A stretch of 64,000 nucleotides of DNA from Candidatus Binatia bacterium (GTDB taxonomy: Bacteria > Desulfobacterota > Binatia > Bin18). The DNA lies in contig CAXXHG010000046.1 in assembly GCA_963666315.2 (NCBI GenBank), positions 107,803 to 171,802 of the forward strand, given 5' to 3'. Of the stretch, positions 9,771 to 20,669 are shown one piece after another. Within the stretch, counting starts at the first letter, position 1; the number at the start of each line of letters is the position of its first letter. The notes under the pieces are model-generated. The model did not search any database, had not been told where the DNA came from, and worked only from the letters and a program-made list of their open reading frames with translations. The translations under genes and the position numbers were made by a program.

Positions 9771-10910
9771 ATGAAGTTCGGTGTCTTTCTCCCTAACGGC
9801 AGTAATGGCTATATTATGAGCAAGGCGATTACGCCGTATATGCCGACGTGGGAGCTGAACAGAGATATTACCCTTGAAGCGGAGCGCTTCGGGTTTGATT
9901 TCGTCTTATCCATGATAAAATTTCGCGGGTTCGGTGGCGAGACAGGGTATTGGGATGGGTGCCTGGAGTCGTTTTCGCTTACCTCAGCTTTAGCCACAGT
10001 AACGAAGCGGATCGGATTGATTCCGACTGCGCCGCTCCTAGCGCTTCATCCTGCCTATGTGGCTCGGACAATGGCAACGCTGGACGACATTAGCGGTGGT
10101 CGTGTCGCGCTCAATATTGTCACGGGATGGAATAAGCCCGAGTATGCCCAGATGGGTCTGTGGCGCGGTGATGAGTATTACGAGCAACGCTATGCGTATG
10201 CGCTCGACTACGTACACGTACTACGAACCCTCTGGAGAGACGGGACAATGACTCACCACAGTCCGTACTTTGATCTGGACGACTGCCAGTGTTTGCCCAC
10301 GCCCACGCACGAGATTCCCCTCGTTTCCGCGGGGCAGTCGAGTGCTGGCCAAGATTTTGTCTCTCGGATTGGTGGACACAGTTTTGCGATGGTTGCCCCC
10401 GACCGGCTGCATGCTATCGCCTCCGGCCTCAAGCAAGCGGGAGCCAAGTACGGTACGCGGGTGGGCATCTACGGATTGTTTCAAATTGTCGCAGCAGAAA
10501 CCGACGACCAAGCCTGGCAGACGGCCGCAGATATCGTGGCCGGAGGCGATATAGAAGCAATCAAGTCGCTGGTTTATTCCGCAAGTCTGGATACGGTCAA
10601 GGGTGGCACCTCGGGCCAGTTCCGGAATGAAGACGCTGGCGCTGATGAAGACTTGCTGGCCGGGGACATTGAGGCCGGGAATATGGTTTTTATGAATGTG
10701 CCCGTCCTGGTGGGCTCATATGAGACGATCGCCCGAAAGATCGACAATATTTCCAAGGATCAGAACATTGAGGGTATGTTATTCACCTGGCCGGACTGGG
10801 TCGCAGGGATTCAAACTTTTGGCGATCGTATATTACCGCTGCTCAACTGTCGGAAAGATTGGGATGGTGCAACCATGGGAGACCTACGGACACTCCGAGC
10901 CGACTTCTGA
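9771..10910 (+). CDS. LLM-class flavin-dependent monooxygenase, RutA-like
   Basis: MKFGVFLPNGSNGYIMS...PYMPTWELN...FDFVLSMIKFRGFGGETGYW...LESFSL...GGRVALNIVTGWNKPEYAQMGLW tracks E. coli RutA (as recalled) along its whole length. Confidence 0.7.
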   Translation: MKFGVFLPNGSNGYIMSKAITPYMPTWELNRDITLEAERFGFDFVLSMIKFRGFGGETGYWDGCLESFSLTSALATVTKRIGLIPTAPLLALHPAYVARTMATLDDISGGRVALNIVTGWNKPEYAQMGLWRGDEYYEQRYAYALDYVHVLRTLWRDGTMTHHSPYFDLDDCQCLPTPTHEIPLVSAGQSSAGQDFVSRIGGHSFAMVAPDRLHAIASGLKQAGAKYGTRVGIYGLFQIVAAETDDQAWQTAADIVAGGDIEAIKSLVYSASLDTVKGGTSGQFRNEDAGADEDLLAGDIEAGNMVFMNVPVLVGSYETIARKIDNISKDQNIEGMLFTWPDWVAGIQTFGDRILPLLNCRKDWDGATMGDLRTLRADF

Positions 10911-10950
10911 ATCATTCTCCTCTTATCCATCGATTCAAAAGGAAAAAACC

Positions 10951-12553
10951 ATGCAAAAATCGACGCGCGGAGCCCCAGGTATGACGGCGCAGGAAGATCA
11001 TACCGGCAATGGCCAAGCACCACATCAGTCCAAGGATACACAGCCAAGAGTCGTACGCGAGCCGCCAACGGGCAAGGAATTTCTGGAAGGGCTGCGCGAC
11101 GGGCGCGTCATCTATTTTGATGGTGAGTTAGTCAAAGATGTCACCACCCATCCGGCCTTTGCCACCAGCGCCCGTTCGTATGCCCGCATGTACGACACGC
11201 TGCATGACCCAGAGAAGTATGATGTGTTGACCTACGTAACTGAGCGAGGCGCCCGTTCACATAAGTTCTACAAGCTGCCACGTACTCACCAAGACCTCTT
11301 CGAGGCGCGGGATGCGATCGCCGAGTGGGCACGACTACAAGGCCGCGTTAGTCGGGACCCTGGCCTGTGACGTAGACTTCTACGGTGAGTACGCTCCGAA
11401 CGTACAGCGTTGGTATGAAAAGATCGCCGATGAGGTGATGTTCGTCAATCTGAGTCTGGTCAATCCAGCTGGCGACCGTTCAAAGCCACCGGCTGAGCAG
11501 CGCGATGTCTACATGCACGTCGTTAAAGAGCGAGACGATGGCATTGTTGTTCGTGTTGCTCGCATGGTCTCCACTGGGGCCGCCTTCAGCCATGTCGCCT
11601 ATATGAGCCAGTATATCCAGCCGGCGGGACTGGCTGAGAACGAAGAAGACTTCGCGATCGGCTTCTTCGTGCCCTTCAATGTCCCAGGCCTCACGTTCAT
11701 GGGCCGGTACTCCCACGAATATCTGGCTAAAAAGATCGGCTCTCCTTTTGACTACCCGCTCTCCAGCCGGTTTGACGAGTCTGATCTGAGTATCGTGCTC
11801 GACGACGTGTTTATCCCCTGGGAAGATGTGACTGTGTACCGCAACCCTGCGGTTGTGAACGGTCTCTTCCCGCGAGGCTTTGCCCGGCGGTTTGCCTTCC
11901 ACGCTGCTGCACGGACTGCAGTCAAGCTCGATTTTATCTGCGGCCTGTTCCTCCAGGCGACAGAGATGCAGCAGAAGACCGGCTTCCGCGAGGTACAAGC
12001 GGTGATCGGCGAGTTACTCGGCATGCGGCACAATATCTGGGCCCTCTCCACGGCAATGGCCGCCGATGCCGAGCCTGGGCCAGGGGGGTATTTGCTGCCA
12101 AAGACAGAGTACGCACTCCAGTGGCGCAATATTTACGGCGACACCTTTAGCCGGGCTCGGACCATGTTTCACAATCTGCTGTCCGGCAACTTGATCCAGA
12201 TTCCTTCTTCGGCTCAGGACTTCAAGAATCCAGACAGTCGACCATTACTTGACCGTTACTGGAAAGGCGCGACCGCCACGGCGGAGGAACGGGTGAAGCT
12301 GTTGCGCGTGATCTGGGATATGTTTTTGACAGAGTTCGCTGGCCGGACAGAGGCCCACGAACGCAACTTCGCCGGCGGCTACGAAGCGAATCGGGTCGAG
12401 ACATACCAAGCGGCAGAGCATTCGGGCCTGAATTCCAAGATGAAAGCCATGGTCGACGAATGCATGAGTCACTACGATCTCGACGGCTGGACGGATTCTA
12501 CGTGGGCAGACGTGCCCTGGTCGACCTCGGATTCAAAACCAGATTCAGAATAG
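10951..12553 (+). pseudogene. 4-hydroxyphenylacetate 3-monooxygenase oxygenase-component (HpaB) family gene, frameshifted
   Basis: N-terminal part in the frame of ORF 10696..11370 (..GRVIYFDGELVKDVTTHPAF..AIAEWARL) and the rest in ORF 11312..12553 (..DYKAALVGTLACDVDFYG..); the frame change/deletion lies near 11325-11345. Confidence 0.75.
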
Positions 12554-12589
12554 GCAGACTGTCTGGCCAGCAACTAAAGGAACCAGCAT

Positions 12590-13870
12590 TCAGTCAGCTA
12601 CGCCCTCGGCTGGCATACTTTCAGGTTCCCACACAATCGGCCGAATCGGAACGGTCAACAGAATGATCGAACAGACAACGCCGACACCTGCGGAAACAAA
12701 AAACGGCAGTAGCCAATTACCATCACCCGCGAGCATATAGCCCGCGCTCAGCGGTCCCAGAAATCCAGCGAATGTTCCCAAGGTGTTAATAAAGCCAAAT
12801 ATCGCACCAGCCAAATTCGGATTAAATTCCATCGCCACGGTCGAAAAGCCAGACAACGCAGTCGTAAAACAGGTGTAGAAGAGAACCAGGAAGACGACAC
12901 ATACTCCGGCCGATGGAGTCAGCGCAGCAGTTAATAAACAGGGGACTGCGCATGCAACGCCTATCCCCCCTAATCGCAGACGGGCAAACTCAGCGCTCCA
13001 GCCCTTCCGCAACAGATAATCTGCCAGCGCGCCACCGCCAACCAGTCCAATAAACCCGCCCCCATGCACAAAAACACCGAGCGTCCCCATGGCCATGAGT
13101 GTAAAACCTCGTGCTTCTACCAAATAGGTCGGAAACCAAAACAAAAACAGCCAACCAATATAGGCAAAACACATAAAACCAAGCGCAATCACCAGCAGCG
13201 ACCAGTTAGTAAAGAGAAGCCCAAGCGGTAGCGGCACCTTCGGCTTGGGACTGACATGCGCCGCAATATAACTCTGTTCCTCAGCCGTAACGCTGGCATG
13301 GGTTTCAGGAGAATCCGTCGCATACCAGAGCCAGATAAAAATCCACACGATTCCCAGGATGGCATTCACATAAAAAACCATATGCCACGAACTGTGCAGA
13401 ATAATCCAGGTCGTGAGCGGATAGGCCACCATCTGGCCGACTGTAATACCGGAGATGCTGATATTATGAGCCAGGCCAAACTCAGAGCGTGGAATCCAGC
13501 GGGCATTGATCGATGCCATAGCCGGGAATGTCATGGACTCGAACACGCCGACCAAAAAACGATACGCTAACAGCAGAGCAAACGCCCGCTCGGCAAACGG
13601 AGTCAAAAAGGTAAACACTGAAAAGCCCAAAAAAGCGAGGGCCAAAACCTTGCGGCCACTCCAGCGATCCGCCAGCACGCCGCCCGGCAGCTGTCCGCTG
13701 GCATAGCCAATCAAAAAGATTGAAAACACCCAGCCGAAGAGGTCTTTATCCCACCCTGTGGCCGCCATTATGACCGGAGCCGCAACAGAGATATTGACCC
13801 GATCGATGTAATTAATGACCGAGCTGCAAAACAGGAGCCCAATCATGTTGTAGCGAACCGGCCAAGCCAT
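12590..13870 (-). CDS. MFS transporter (anion:cation symporter-like)
   Basis: 12-TM-type hydrophobic profile; INYIDRVNISVAAP.. and G.LADRWSGRK motifs; start taken at MAWPVRY. Confidence 0.85.
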   Translation of the reverse strand: MAWPVRYNMIGLLFCSSVINYIDRVNISVAAPVIMAATGWDKDLFGWVFSIFLIGYASGQLPGGVLADRWSGRKVLALAFLGFSVFTFLTPFAERAFALLLAYRFLVGVFESMTFPAMASINARWIPRSEFGLAHNISISGITVGQMVAYPLTTWIILHSSWHMVFYVNAILGIVWIFIWLWYATDSPETHASVTAEEQSYIAAHVSPKPKVPLPLGLLFTNWSLLVIALGFMCFAYIGWLFLFWFPTYLVEARGFTLMAMGTLGVFVHGGGFIGLVGGGALADYLLRKGWSAEFARLRLGGIGVACAVPCLLTAALTPSAGVCVVFLVLFYTCFTTALSGFSTVAMEFNPNLAGAIFGFINTLGTFAGFLGPLSAGYMLAGDGNWLLPFFVSAGVGVVCSIILLTVPIRPIVWEPESMPAEGVAD

Positions 13871-13916
13871 TATTCTTGCCTGCTTCCTTGAATCCGAGCC
13901 GTGCTCCCACGTGCTC

Positions 13917-15011
13917 TTACCATGTCCCCCTGCGCTGAGAGCCGCCTGGGCCGCTATAGGAGGCAGTATAGCCCGGCTCACGCTGGAACAGATCTTTCGG
14001 AATCGTATCGACCGCTTGTTTCCAGGCTGCGACTAATCGATCCTCGGCTGCATAGTCAAACGGATCTTGCAGCATCGTTTCCTCTCGCCCCCCACGTTCC
14101 AGTGGATTGTCGCGCAGCCACACCGCGGCCTGTTTGATACCTTCAACTGGCAAGACAATATCCCGATAGCCCAGCTCTGATTTTATTTTGGTGAGATCAA
14201 ACACGCGGTGGGTCGTCCAGGGTTGTGTGATTAAGGGCCTGGCGCTTATGGCCAGCTCGTACGGCATCGAAACAATCTCCCACACGTGATCGAGAGCTTC
14301 AGCACACAGTTGCACCACTTGTTTCAGAGTTAAGACATGATCATCCCCACAGTTGTACACCTGTCCGGCTGCAACCTCGGGTTGATCCACGGCCAGCAGC
14401 AAGGCGTGAGCGACGTTAGCAGCCGCCCCAGAGTGGTTCAGCGATAAACCGTCATCGGGAATGATGATGGAAGAACGTTTGTCCACTATACGTCGGACAA
14501 TGGGCCATTCTCGCGGGACGACTTGATACGCTCCATAGATTTGAGGATAGCGAAAATGAGTGGCGCTGGGGTGGTGTTTGAATACCACTTCCTCCGAGCG
14601 ATACACCCGGAAGCCTTTGCCATCTTCGGCTTCGCTCGCAGTCTTGGTCGCATCTTCGGCAGTGGGTACAGGTAGTCCCGGAGGTTGAACCATGTCGGCA
14701 TTCATATAGCCTCGGTAAGCGGGCCCCCCACCAACCGAGATAAACCGCTCAGTCCGACCGACCATAATCTCGACCACCCGACGCAAGCGGCCGTACATGG
14801 CCATGGTCAGATCAAAATGAGAATCGCCAAGGGCATCAATCAATGCCTGGTCATCAAACGGGTTAGTATGAAGGTGGACCACAGATTCAGGAATCTCATC
14901 CACCTCGTGGTTGCCGGTATGCAAAATAGACACATCGAATCCGCGCTCGATCAATCCATTGACGATAAAGTGCCCCGTCGGTCCAGTCCCACCGATGACT
15001 AAGGCCTGCAT
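13917..15011 (-). CDS. NAD-dependent epimerase/dehydratase family (extended SDR) protein
   Basis: N-terminal Rossmann motif VIGGTGPTGHFIV. Confidence 0.8.
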   Translation of the reverse strand: MQALVIGGTGPTGHFIVNGLIERGFDVSILHTGNHEVDEIPESVVHLHTNPFDDQALIDALGDSHFDLTMAMYGRLRRVVEIMVGRTERFISVGGGPAYRGYMNADMVQPPGLPVPTAEDATKTASEAEDGKGFRVYRSEEVVFKHHPSATHFRYPQIYGAYQVVPREWPIVRRIVDKRSSIIIPDDGLSLNHSGAAANVAHALLLAVDQPEVAAGQVYNCGDDHVLTLKQVVQLCAEALDHVWEIVSMPYELAISARPLITQPWTTHRVFDLTKIKSELGYRDIVLPVEGIKQAAVWLRDNPLERGGREETMLQDPFDYAAEDRLVAAWKQAVDTIPKDLFQREPGYTASYSGPGGSQRRGTW

Positions 15012-15110
15012 TGTTGTTTCACTCCAGTATTCTCTTCATTTATTCCCTAGCCTCGGCATCACCTGGCGATGATCGCTAGGAGGGGCCGATCTCGATTATG
15101 TGACGCATTA

Positions 15111-15141
15111 CCCGGATTCCACTCCGTTCCATCCAGGCTAC
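15111..15141 (-). repeat. GTAG-type REP hairpin (GTAGCCTGGATGGAACGGAGTGGAATCCGGG family)
   Basis: Near-identical copies at 46764-46795 and 48402-48433. Confidence 0.8.
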
Positions 15142-15169
15142 GCTATTTGACTTGCTCTCTCCGTTTTCT

Positions 15170-16990
15170 CTACCTGGGAATAATCGGCAGTAGGACATAC
15201 GATGCGCGGTCATCCTGATGGAACACGGTCTGCTGGGCTGACACCCACTGTGTTCCCTCGCCAAACGGCTCGCCCGTATTCAGGTTGCGATCAAACTCGG
15301 GGAAATGGCTGGAGCTGATTTCTAGCCGGATGCGATGGCCCGGCAAGAAGACGTTACTCGTCGCCCATAGATCAATCATAAACTGATACGGCTTGCCCAC
15401 TTCCAGCAATTCAGGCGTGCTCGCCGAGTCCCGATAGCGGGCCCGGATAATGCCATTAAGCAGATTCTGCGCGTAACCGTCTGGATGGACATCAATCAGT
15501 TTGGCCGTGAAGTCAGTATCAACGGCTGAAGAGGATGCCCACAACGTAACCGTTACTGGTCCGGTAATTTCCAACGACTGGGTGAGCGGTTCGGAGGTAT
15601 AGACGAGGACGTCATTGCGTTCTTCGACCGGGCGTTGGTCCTGGACACCCATATCAACCGTAAGATTATTGCCGCCCAGCGACGGAGCAGGATTGTCGGG
15701 GTCATAGACATAGGTGTCTATCTGTTCCTGGCTGGGCGGGACGGTTGAGAGCGTCCCATTGCCGTTCAGTGTGTTCGCCTCGCCGCCACTGTGTAGGAAG
15801 TAACGAACCTGGCGCATATTGGGCGGTGGCCAATTGGACAGATGCTGCCAGCGGTTCTCACCAAGAGTGAAGACGCTGACCGGCGGCTCGTCCATCATGC
15901 CGTTGTCCACATCTTTGAGCCAATAGTCAAACCAGCGCAGCAAGGTTTCATTCAGGTCGATCAAGGCATTCGGACCAAAATCAATATCGCCTGCGCCACG
16001 TGAACTCGGCGTGGTATACGGCAGCAAGTGACCCCATGGTCCGATGATCAGCCGTTGGCCGCCCCTCGCCGCTTCAGACTGGCTTTTGGCGGTGATGCTC
16101 TGATAGGCGGCTGGCCCACCCTCAGCAAACGTATCGTACCATGAGGTAACGTGCAGCATGGGCGTACTGATCGTCTCAGCAAAGTGGTTCACATTGGCCC
16201 GGTACCAGTACTCGCCGTCGTCGGCATGCGCGATATGATCCGCCATATACGGGGCGGTTTCTTTGAGCAGCTCGCCCCAGTCTTTGATTGGCAAGTGCCG
16301 ATACCATTCATCAGTCAGCGGGGTGAACGCGTTTAAGCCCCAGCGGGTCGTCCGTACTCCGGCTAACTCACCGCCTTCAACATACTCCTTCATTTTTTCC
16401 ATCAGATCTCTGCGCCCTTGGCGTTTGAGCGTGTCCAGACCCTTGAATATGGCATACGGCACCATCCAGCCCCACTTCGACACCCCGCCGGTCTGGTAGA
16501 TCCAACTGGCATGGTAGTCAGCCGAGGCCGAGACTGGAGCCATGCACTGCAGGGACGGCGGCATAGGGTCATTACACGCAATCAGATATTGCGTCAGCCC
16601 CAAATAAGATTGGCCCGTCATCCCTACCCGTCCATTTGACCACGGCAACCGGGCTGCCCATTCGACGGCATCGTAGCCGTCGGGCGCTTCTTGAAAGATC
16701 GTGTCGTATTCGCCTTCAGACTCAAAACGGCCGCGACAGTCCTGGGTAATACAGACATAGCCATACTGGGCATACGAGGCATTCAGTCCATTGGGATCGG
16801 CGGAGCCCTTTTTGCCGTACGGGGTGCGGCTTAGCAGGACGGGAAAACGCTCGGCCGAGTCCGGCCGGACCACATCAGCATACAGCGTGAGCCCATCTCG
16901 TGTCTTCATGGGGACATTTTCTTCGGTAGTGACTTTGTATTGTTTGCGCGCTGGGACGATCATACCTGGCTCCTCCTCAGTATGCTTCAT
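15170..16990 (-). CDS. CocE/NonD family hydrolase (S15 X-Pro dipeptidyl-peptidase-like)
   Basis: ~600 aa; LSRTPYGK near the N-terminus; nucleophile elbow GMTGQSYLG; beta-sandwich-sized C-terminal domain. Confidence 0.8.
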   Translation of the reverse strand: MKHTEEEPGMIVPARKQYKVTTEENVPMKTRDGLTLYADVVRPDSAERFPVLLSRTPYGKKGSADPNGLNASYAQYGYVCITQDCRGRFESEGEYDTIFQEAPDGYDAVEWAARLPWSNGRVGMTGQSYLGLTQYLIACNDPMPPSLQCMAPVSASADYHASWIYQTGGVSKWGWMVPYAIFKGLDTLKRQGRRDLMEKMKEYVEGGELAGVRTTRWGLNAFTPLTDEWYRHLPIKDWGELLKETAPYMADHIAHADDGEYWYRANVNHFAETISTPMLHVTSWYDTFAEGGPAAYQSITAKSQSEAARGGQRLIIGPWGHLLPYTTPSSRGAGDIDFGPNALIDLNETLLRWFDYWLKDVDNGMMDEPPVSVFTLGENRWQHLSNWPPPNMRQVRYFLHSGGEANTLNGNGTLSTVPPSQEQIDTYVYDPDNPAPSLGGNNLTVDMGVQDQRPVEERNDVLVYTSEPLTQSLEITGPVTVTLWASSSAVDTDFTAKLIDVHPDGYAQNLLNGIIRARYRDSASTPELLEVGKPYQFMIDLWATSNVFLPGHRIRLEISSSHFPEFDRNLNTGEPFGEGTQWVSAQQTVFHQDDRASYVLLPIIPR

Positions 16991-17076
16991 AGCACGTATG
17001 CGTCATACCACCTCAACAATGCGCGCGATACAATTGATACTGCTTCTTTTTGATGCGTATCCATGTAACCAATCCC

Positions 17077-17106
17077 GTAGGTCGGGTTAGCGTAGCGTAA
17101 CCCGAC
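17077..17106 (+). repeat. GTAG-type REP hairpin (GTAGGTCGGGTTAGCG-N-CGTAACCCGAC family)
   Basis: Palindromic; copies in the opposite orientation at 22952-22981 and 54911-54940, degenerate copy at 57918-57946. Confidence 0.85.
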
Positions 17107-17192
17107 ACATCAGACTCGGTGCGCAGGCCGCACCCTACGGGAAGAGTTGTACTGTGACAGTCGAAGAGATAAATAATCCCAGAGGCTAACCT

Positions 17193-20100
17193 ATGACGTT
17201 CGATGAGGTATTGGATCAGGTCCGCGACTTATTGCAGCAACGCGGGCGGGTGACCTATCGGTCACTCAAGCTGCGCTTTCAGCTGGACGATGAAATGCTC
17301 GCAGGTGTGAGCGAAGAGCTCATCGAAGCCGAGCGGGCGGCACGGGACGATAATGGGAAAGTCCTCGTCTGGACCGGCGGCGATGAAGCAGCCGCTACGC
17401 CAAGTGATACTCCACCCCTTACACCAACTTCCCCGGTGAAATCCTTGAAGCTGGAAGCTGAGCGGCGACAGCTGACGGTCATGTTCTGTGACTTGGTCAG
17501 CTCGACAGCCCTTTCGGAGCAACTCGACCCCGAAGAGCTACGGGAGATAGTGCGCGCCTACCAACAAACCAGTGCAAAAGTCATTGAACGCTACGAGGGT
17601 TATATCGCCCAATATCTGGGCGACGGCATACTTGTGTACTTCGGTTACCCGACTGCTCATGAAGATGATGCCGCGGGAGCCGCACGGGCCGGGTTGGAAA
17701 TTGTTGCTGCATTACAAAAGCGAAACGTAGGGGCGACCGGCCGGTCGCCCCTACAAGTACGTATCGGTATCCATACGGGTCCAGTTGTTGTTGGTGCGAT
17801 GGGTGGAGGCGACAGGCAAGAACAGCTGGCCATAGGTGAAACACCGAACATTGCCGCCCGGGTCCAAGGGCAAGCCGAGCCGGATACGGTCGTCATCAGT
17901 GCAACCACATATCAGCTGATACATGGATCGTTCGCCTGTGAAGACCAGGGACCCCAGACACTAAAAGGAATCAGTACTCCACTGTCGCTCTATCGGGTTA
18001 CGGAAGAGCGGGCCGTCCAAAGCCGCTTTGAGGCGACGGTTCAAAAGGGTGTAGAGGGCTTATCAGCATTGGTCGGCCGCGAGGAGGAGATCCAGTTCCT
18101 ACACGAGCACTGGCAGCGTTCCTGCACAGGGGAAGGTCAGGCCGTGCTGGTAAGTGGGGAGCCCGGCATTGGCAAATCACGGCTCATGCAAGAACTCAAG
18201 GAGAGAGTTGCCAAGGATGCAGGCAGATGTATTGAGTTTCACTGTTCTCCCTATCACACCAACAGCGCCCTGCATCCAGTCATTGAGCATCTGCAACAAC
18301 GACTGCAGTTTGAGCGGGATGACACGGATGAGACCAAGCTGGAAAAACTCTAACACGCGTTCGCCTCTAATCGCTTTGCGAAAACTGATCCCCTGTCTCT
18401 TTCCCTGCTCGCAGCGCTGTTATCACTGCCGCAACCTGAGGACTCTCCTCCACTGGCCTATAGTCCTCAAAAGCAGAAAGAGAAGACTTACGAGACGCTT
18501 GGGCGCTGGCTCGTGGAGGAAGCCGAGGACACTGCCGTATGCTGCCTGTGGGAAGACCTGCACTGGGCCGACCCGTCAACGCTTGAACTGCTGGCCCTCT
18601 ACCTGGACCAAGTTCCGACTGCGCGCATGTTGGCCATGCTCGTCTTCCGTCCGGAATTTACACCCCCGTGGACGATCCGGTCGCACATGACCCAATTCAC
18701 ACTGAGCCGCTTGGGACAGCCGCACGTGGTAGCGATAATTGAACGCGTGACGGGGGGTAAAGCACTGCCAAACGAGGTCGTGCAGCAAATCGCGGCTAAG
18801 ACCGATGGGGTGCCGCTGTTTGTGGAGGAGTTGACCAAGACAGTGCTGGAATCTGACATCGTCCGGGCCGTCAACGGTCACTATGAACTAACAGGTCCGG
18901 TGTCCGCTTTGAGTATTCCCGTCACCTTACAAGACTCGCTCATGGCCCGGTTGGATAGGCTGCCACTGGCCAAAGGGGTGGCGCAATTGGGGGCAACGAT
19001 AGGCCGAGAGTTTAACTATGAACTCCTCCACGCTACAGAGTTACCTGCCGAGGAGGAGCTGCAACAAGGTCTCGAACAATTAGTCCAGGCCGAGTTGGTT
19101 TATCAGCGCGGCTACCTGCCCGATGCTCAGTACACGTTTAAGCATGCGCTGATTCAGGACACAGCGTATCAGTCTTTATTGAAACGCACCCGCCAGCAGT
19201 ACCACCGTCAGATTGCCGAAGTCATGGAGCAGCAGTTTGCCGAGCGGGTAAGCGCGCAGCCGGAGCTGCTAGCGCACCATTACACCGAGGCCCAGCTGAT
19301 TGAGCAGGCGCTGCCGTATTGGCTACAAGCCGGGCAGCAGGCCACGCAGCGGTTTGCCAACACCGAAGCTATCCAGCACTTGGACAAAGGTGTCGCGCTC
19401 CTCCAGACTCTGCCCGACAGCCCTGAGCGGGCGCAGCACGAGCTGCCGTTTCATATGGCGTTACAGGCGTCGCTCTTTACCACGACCGGATGGGCCTCTC
19501 CCGAGCTGGGCCGGAGCATGGAACGGGCGTACACCCTGTCTCAGCAGGTTGGCGAGCCCCGGCAGATTTTTGATGTGTTGATGGGGCTGTGCCCATTTCA
19601 TATGGGCGGTCAATCTGAGCTGCGGACAAGCCTAGAAGTGGCCGAACAGATGCTGCGCCTGGCCCAGGGGCAGGACGACGCCACCCTCATGCAGAGAGCC
19701 CATTTGATGGTGGCGAATACGCTATTCTATATGGGTAACCTCTCCACGACGCAGATACACCTTGCGCAGGGGCTGGCCCTTGGCGACGCCGTGCAGGACG
19801 GTTTTATCAAGCAGCTCGGGGCGGACGCGCGGATGGTTCTGCTATCCTACGTCGCGCTGACCCTCTGGGTACAGGGGTTTCCCGAGCAGGCGTTGCAGCG
19901 GAGTACAGAAGCTATAACCCAGGCGCAGGAACTGGGGCACCCCTTCAACTCGGTGATGGGGCTCGAGCTGGCTACGCTGCTCCATGTATTACGTCGCGAG
20001 GCGCAATCGGCCCAAGAGCGAGCTGAGGCGGCTATGACTCTTGCGACGGAGCACGGGTTCCCAATGTACGTGGCCTGGAGCTCTATCCACCACGGCTGGG

Positions 20101-20669
20101 CCGTCGGAGAGCAGGGAGCCCCTGAGGAAGGGAGCGCACTGTTCAAGGAGGCACTCTCCCTCTACCAGGCTCCAGGGATAAAGGGATGGATACCGTTTTA
20201 TCTGGGACTCTTGGCGCAATTAGACGGGCAGGGGGGGCGCGCCGAGGAGGGCTTGTCCGTGTTGGCCGAGGCTCGCGAGCTCAGCACGCAACGAGGGGAC
20301 TGCTGGAGTGAGGCAGAGTTGTATCGGCTGACCGGCGAGTTGACATTACAAAAGTTCAAAGCCCGTCCTGAGCAAAGTCGAAGGATTCAAAGTTCAGAGC
20401 CTGTCCTGAGCGGAGTCGAAGGGATCAATGGCGAAGAAGAAGCTGAAGGCCATTTTCTCAAGGCCATTGAAATTGCCCAAAAGCAAGAAGCCAAATCCTG
20501 GGAACTGCGCGCCGCCACGAGCCTTGCTCATCTGTGGCAGCAACAAGGCAAGAAGCAAGAAGCCCTCGATTTACTCGCTCCATTCTACAATTGGTTTACC
20601 GAAGGCTTTGACACGCCGGACTTGAAAGACGCCAAAGCGTTGTTGGATGAACTAATGGAGAGGCAGTAA
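17193..20669 (+). pseudogene. class III adenylate/guanylate cyclase - AAA/STAND ATPase - TPR protein with one in-frame TAA
   Basis: Cyclase core ERRQLTVMFCDLVSST..YLGDGILVYFGYP; P-loop GEPGIGKS; EDLHWAD and a TPR-like C-terminal region; ORFs 17193..18353 and 18513..20669 share a frame, and the stretch between them is open apart from TAA 18351-18353. Confidence 0.8.
20355..20423 (+). repeat. two tandem units of a short dispersed repeat inserted in frame in the cyclase/STAND gene
   Basis: TTCAAAG-CCCGTCCTGAGC-AAA-GTCGAAGGA / TTCAAAGTTCAG-AGCCTGTCCTGAGC-GGA-GTCGAAGGG; absent from the paralogue at the equivalent place. Confidence 0.7.

Noticed and set aside
6949-10910. RidA (RutC-like) plus RutA-like monooxygenase as a rut pyrimidine-degradation operon
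   Set aside because: The genes are on opposite strands, separated by an EthD fragment and a PQQ dehydrogenase. No rutB, rutD-G or rutR equivalents are adjacent.
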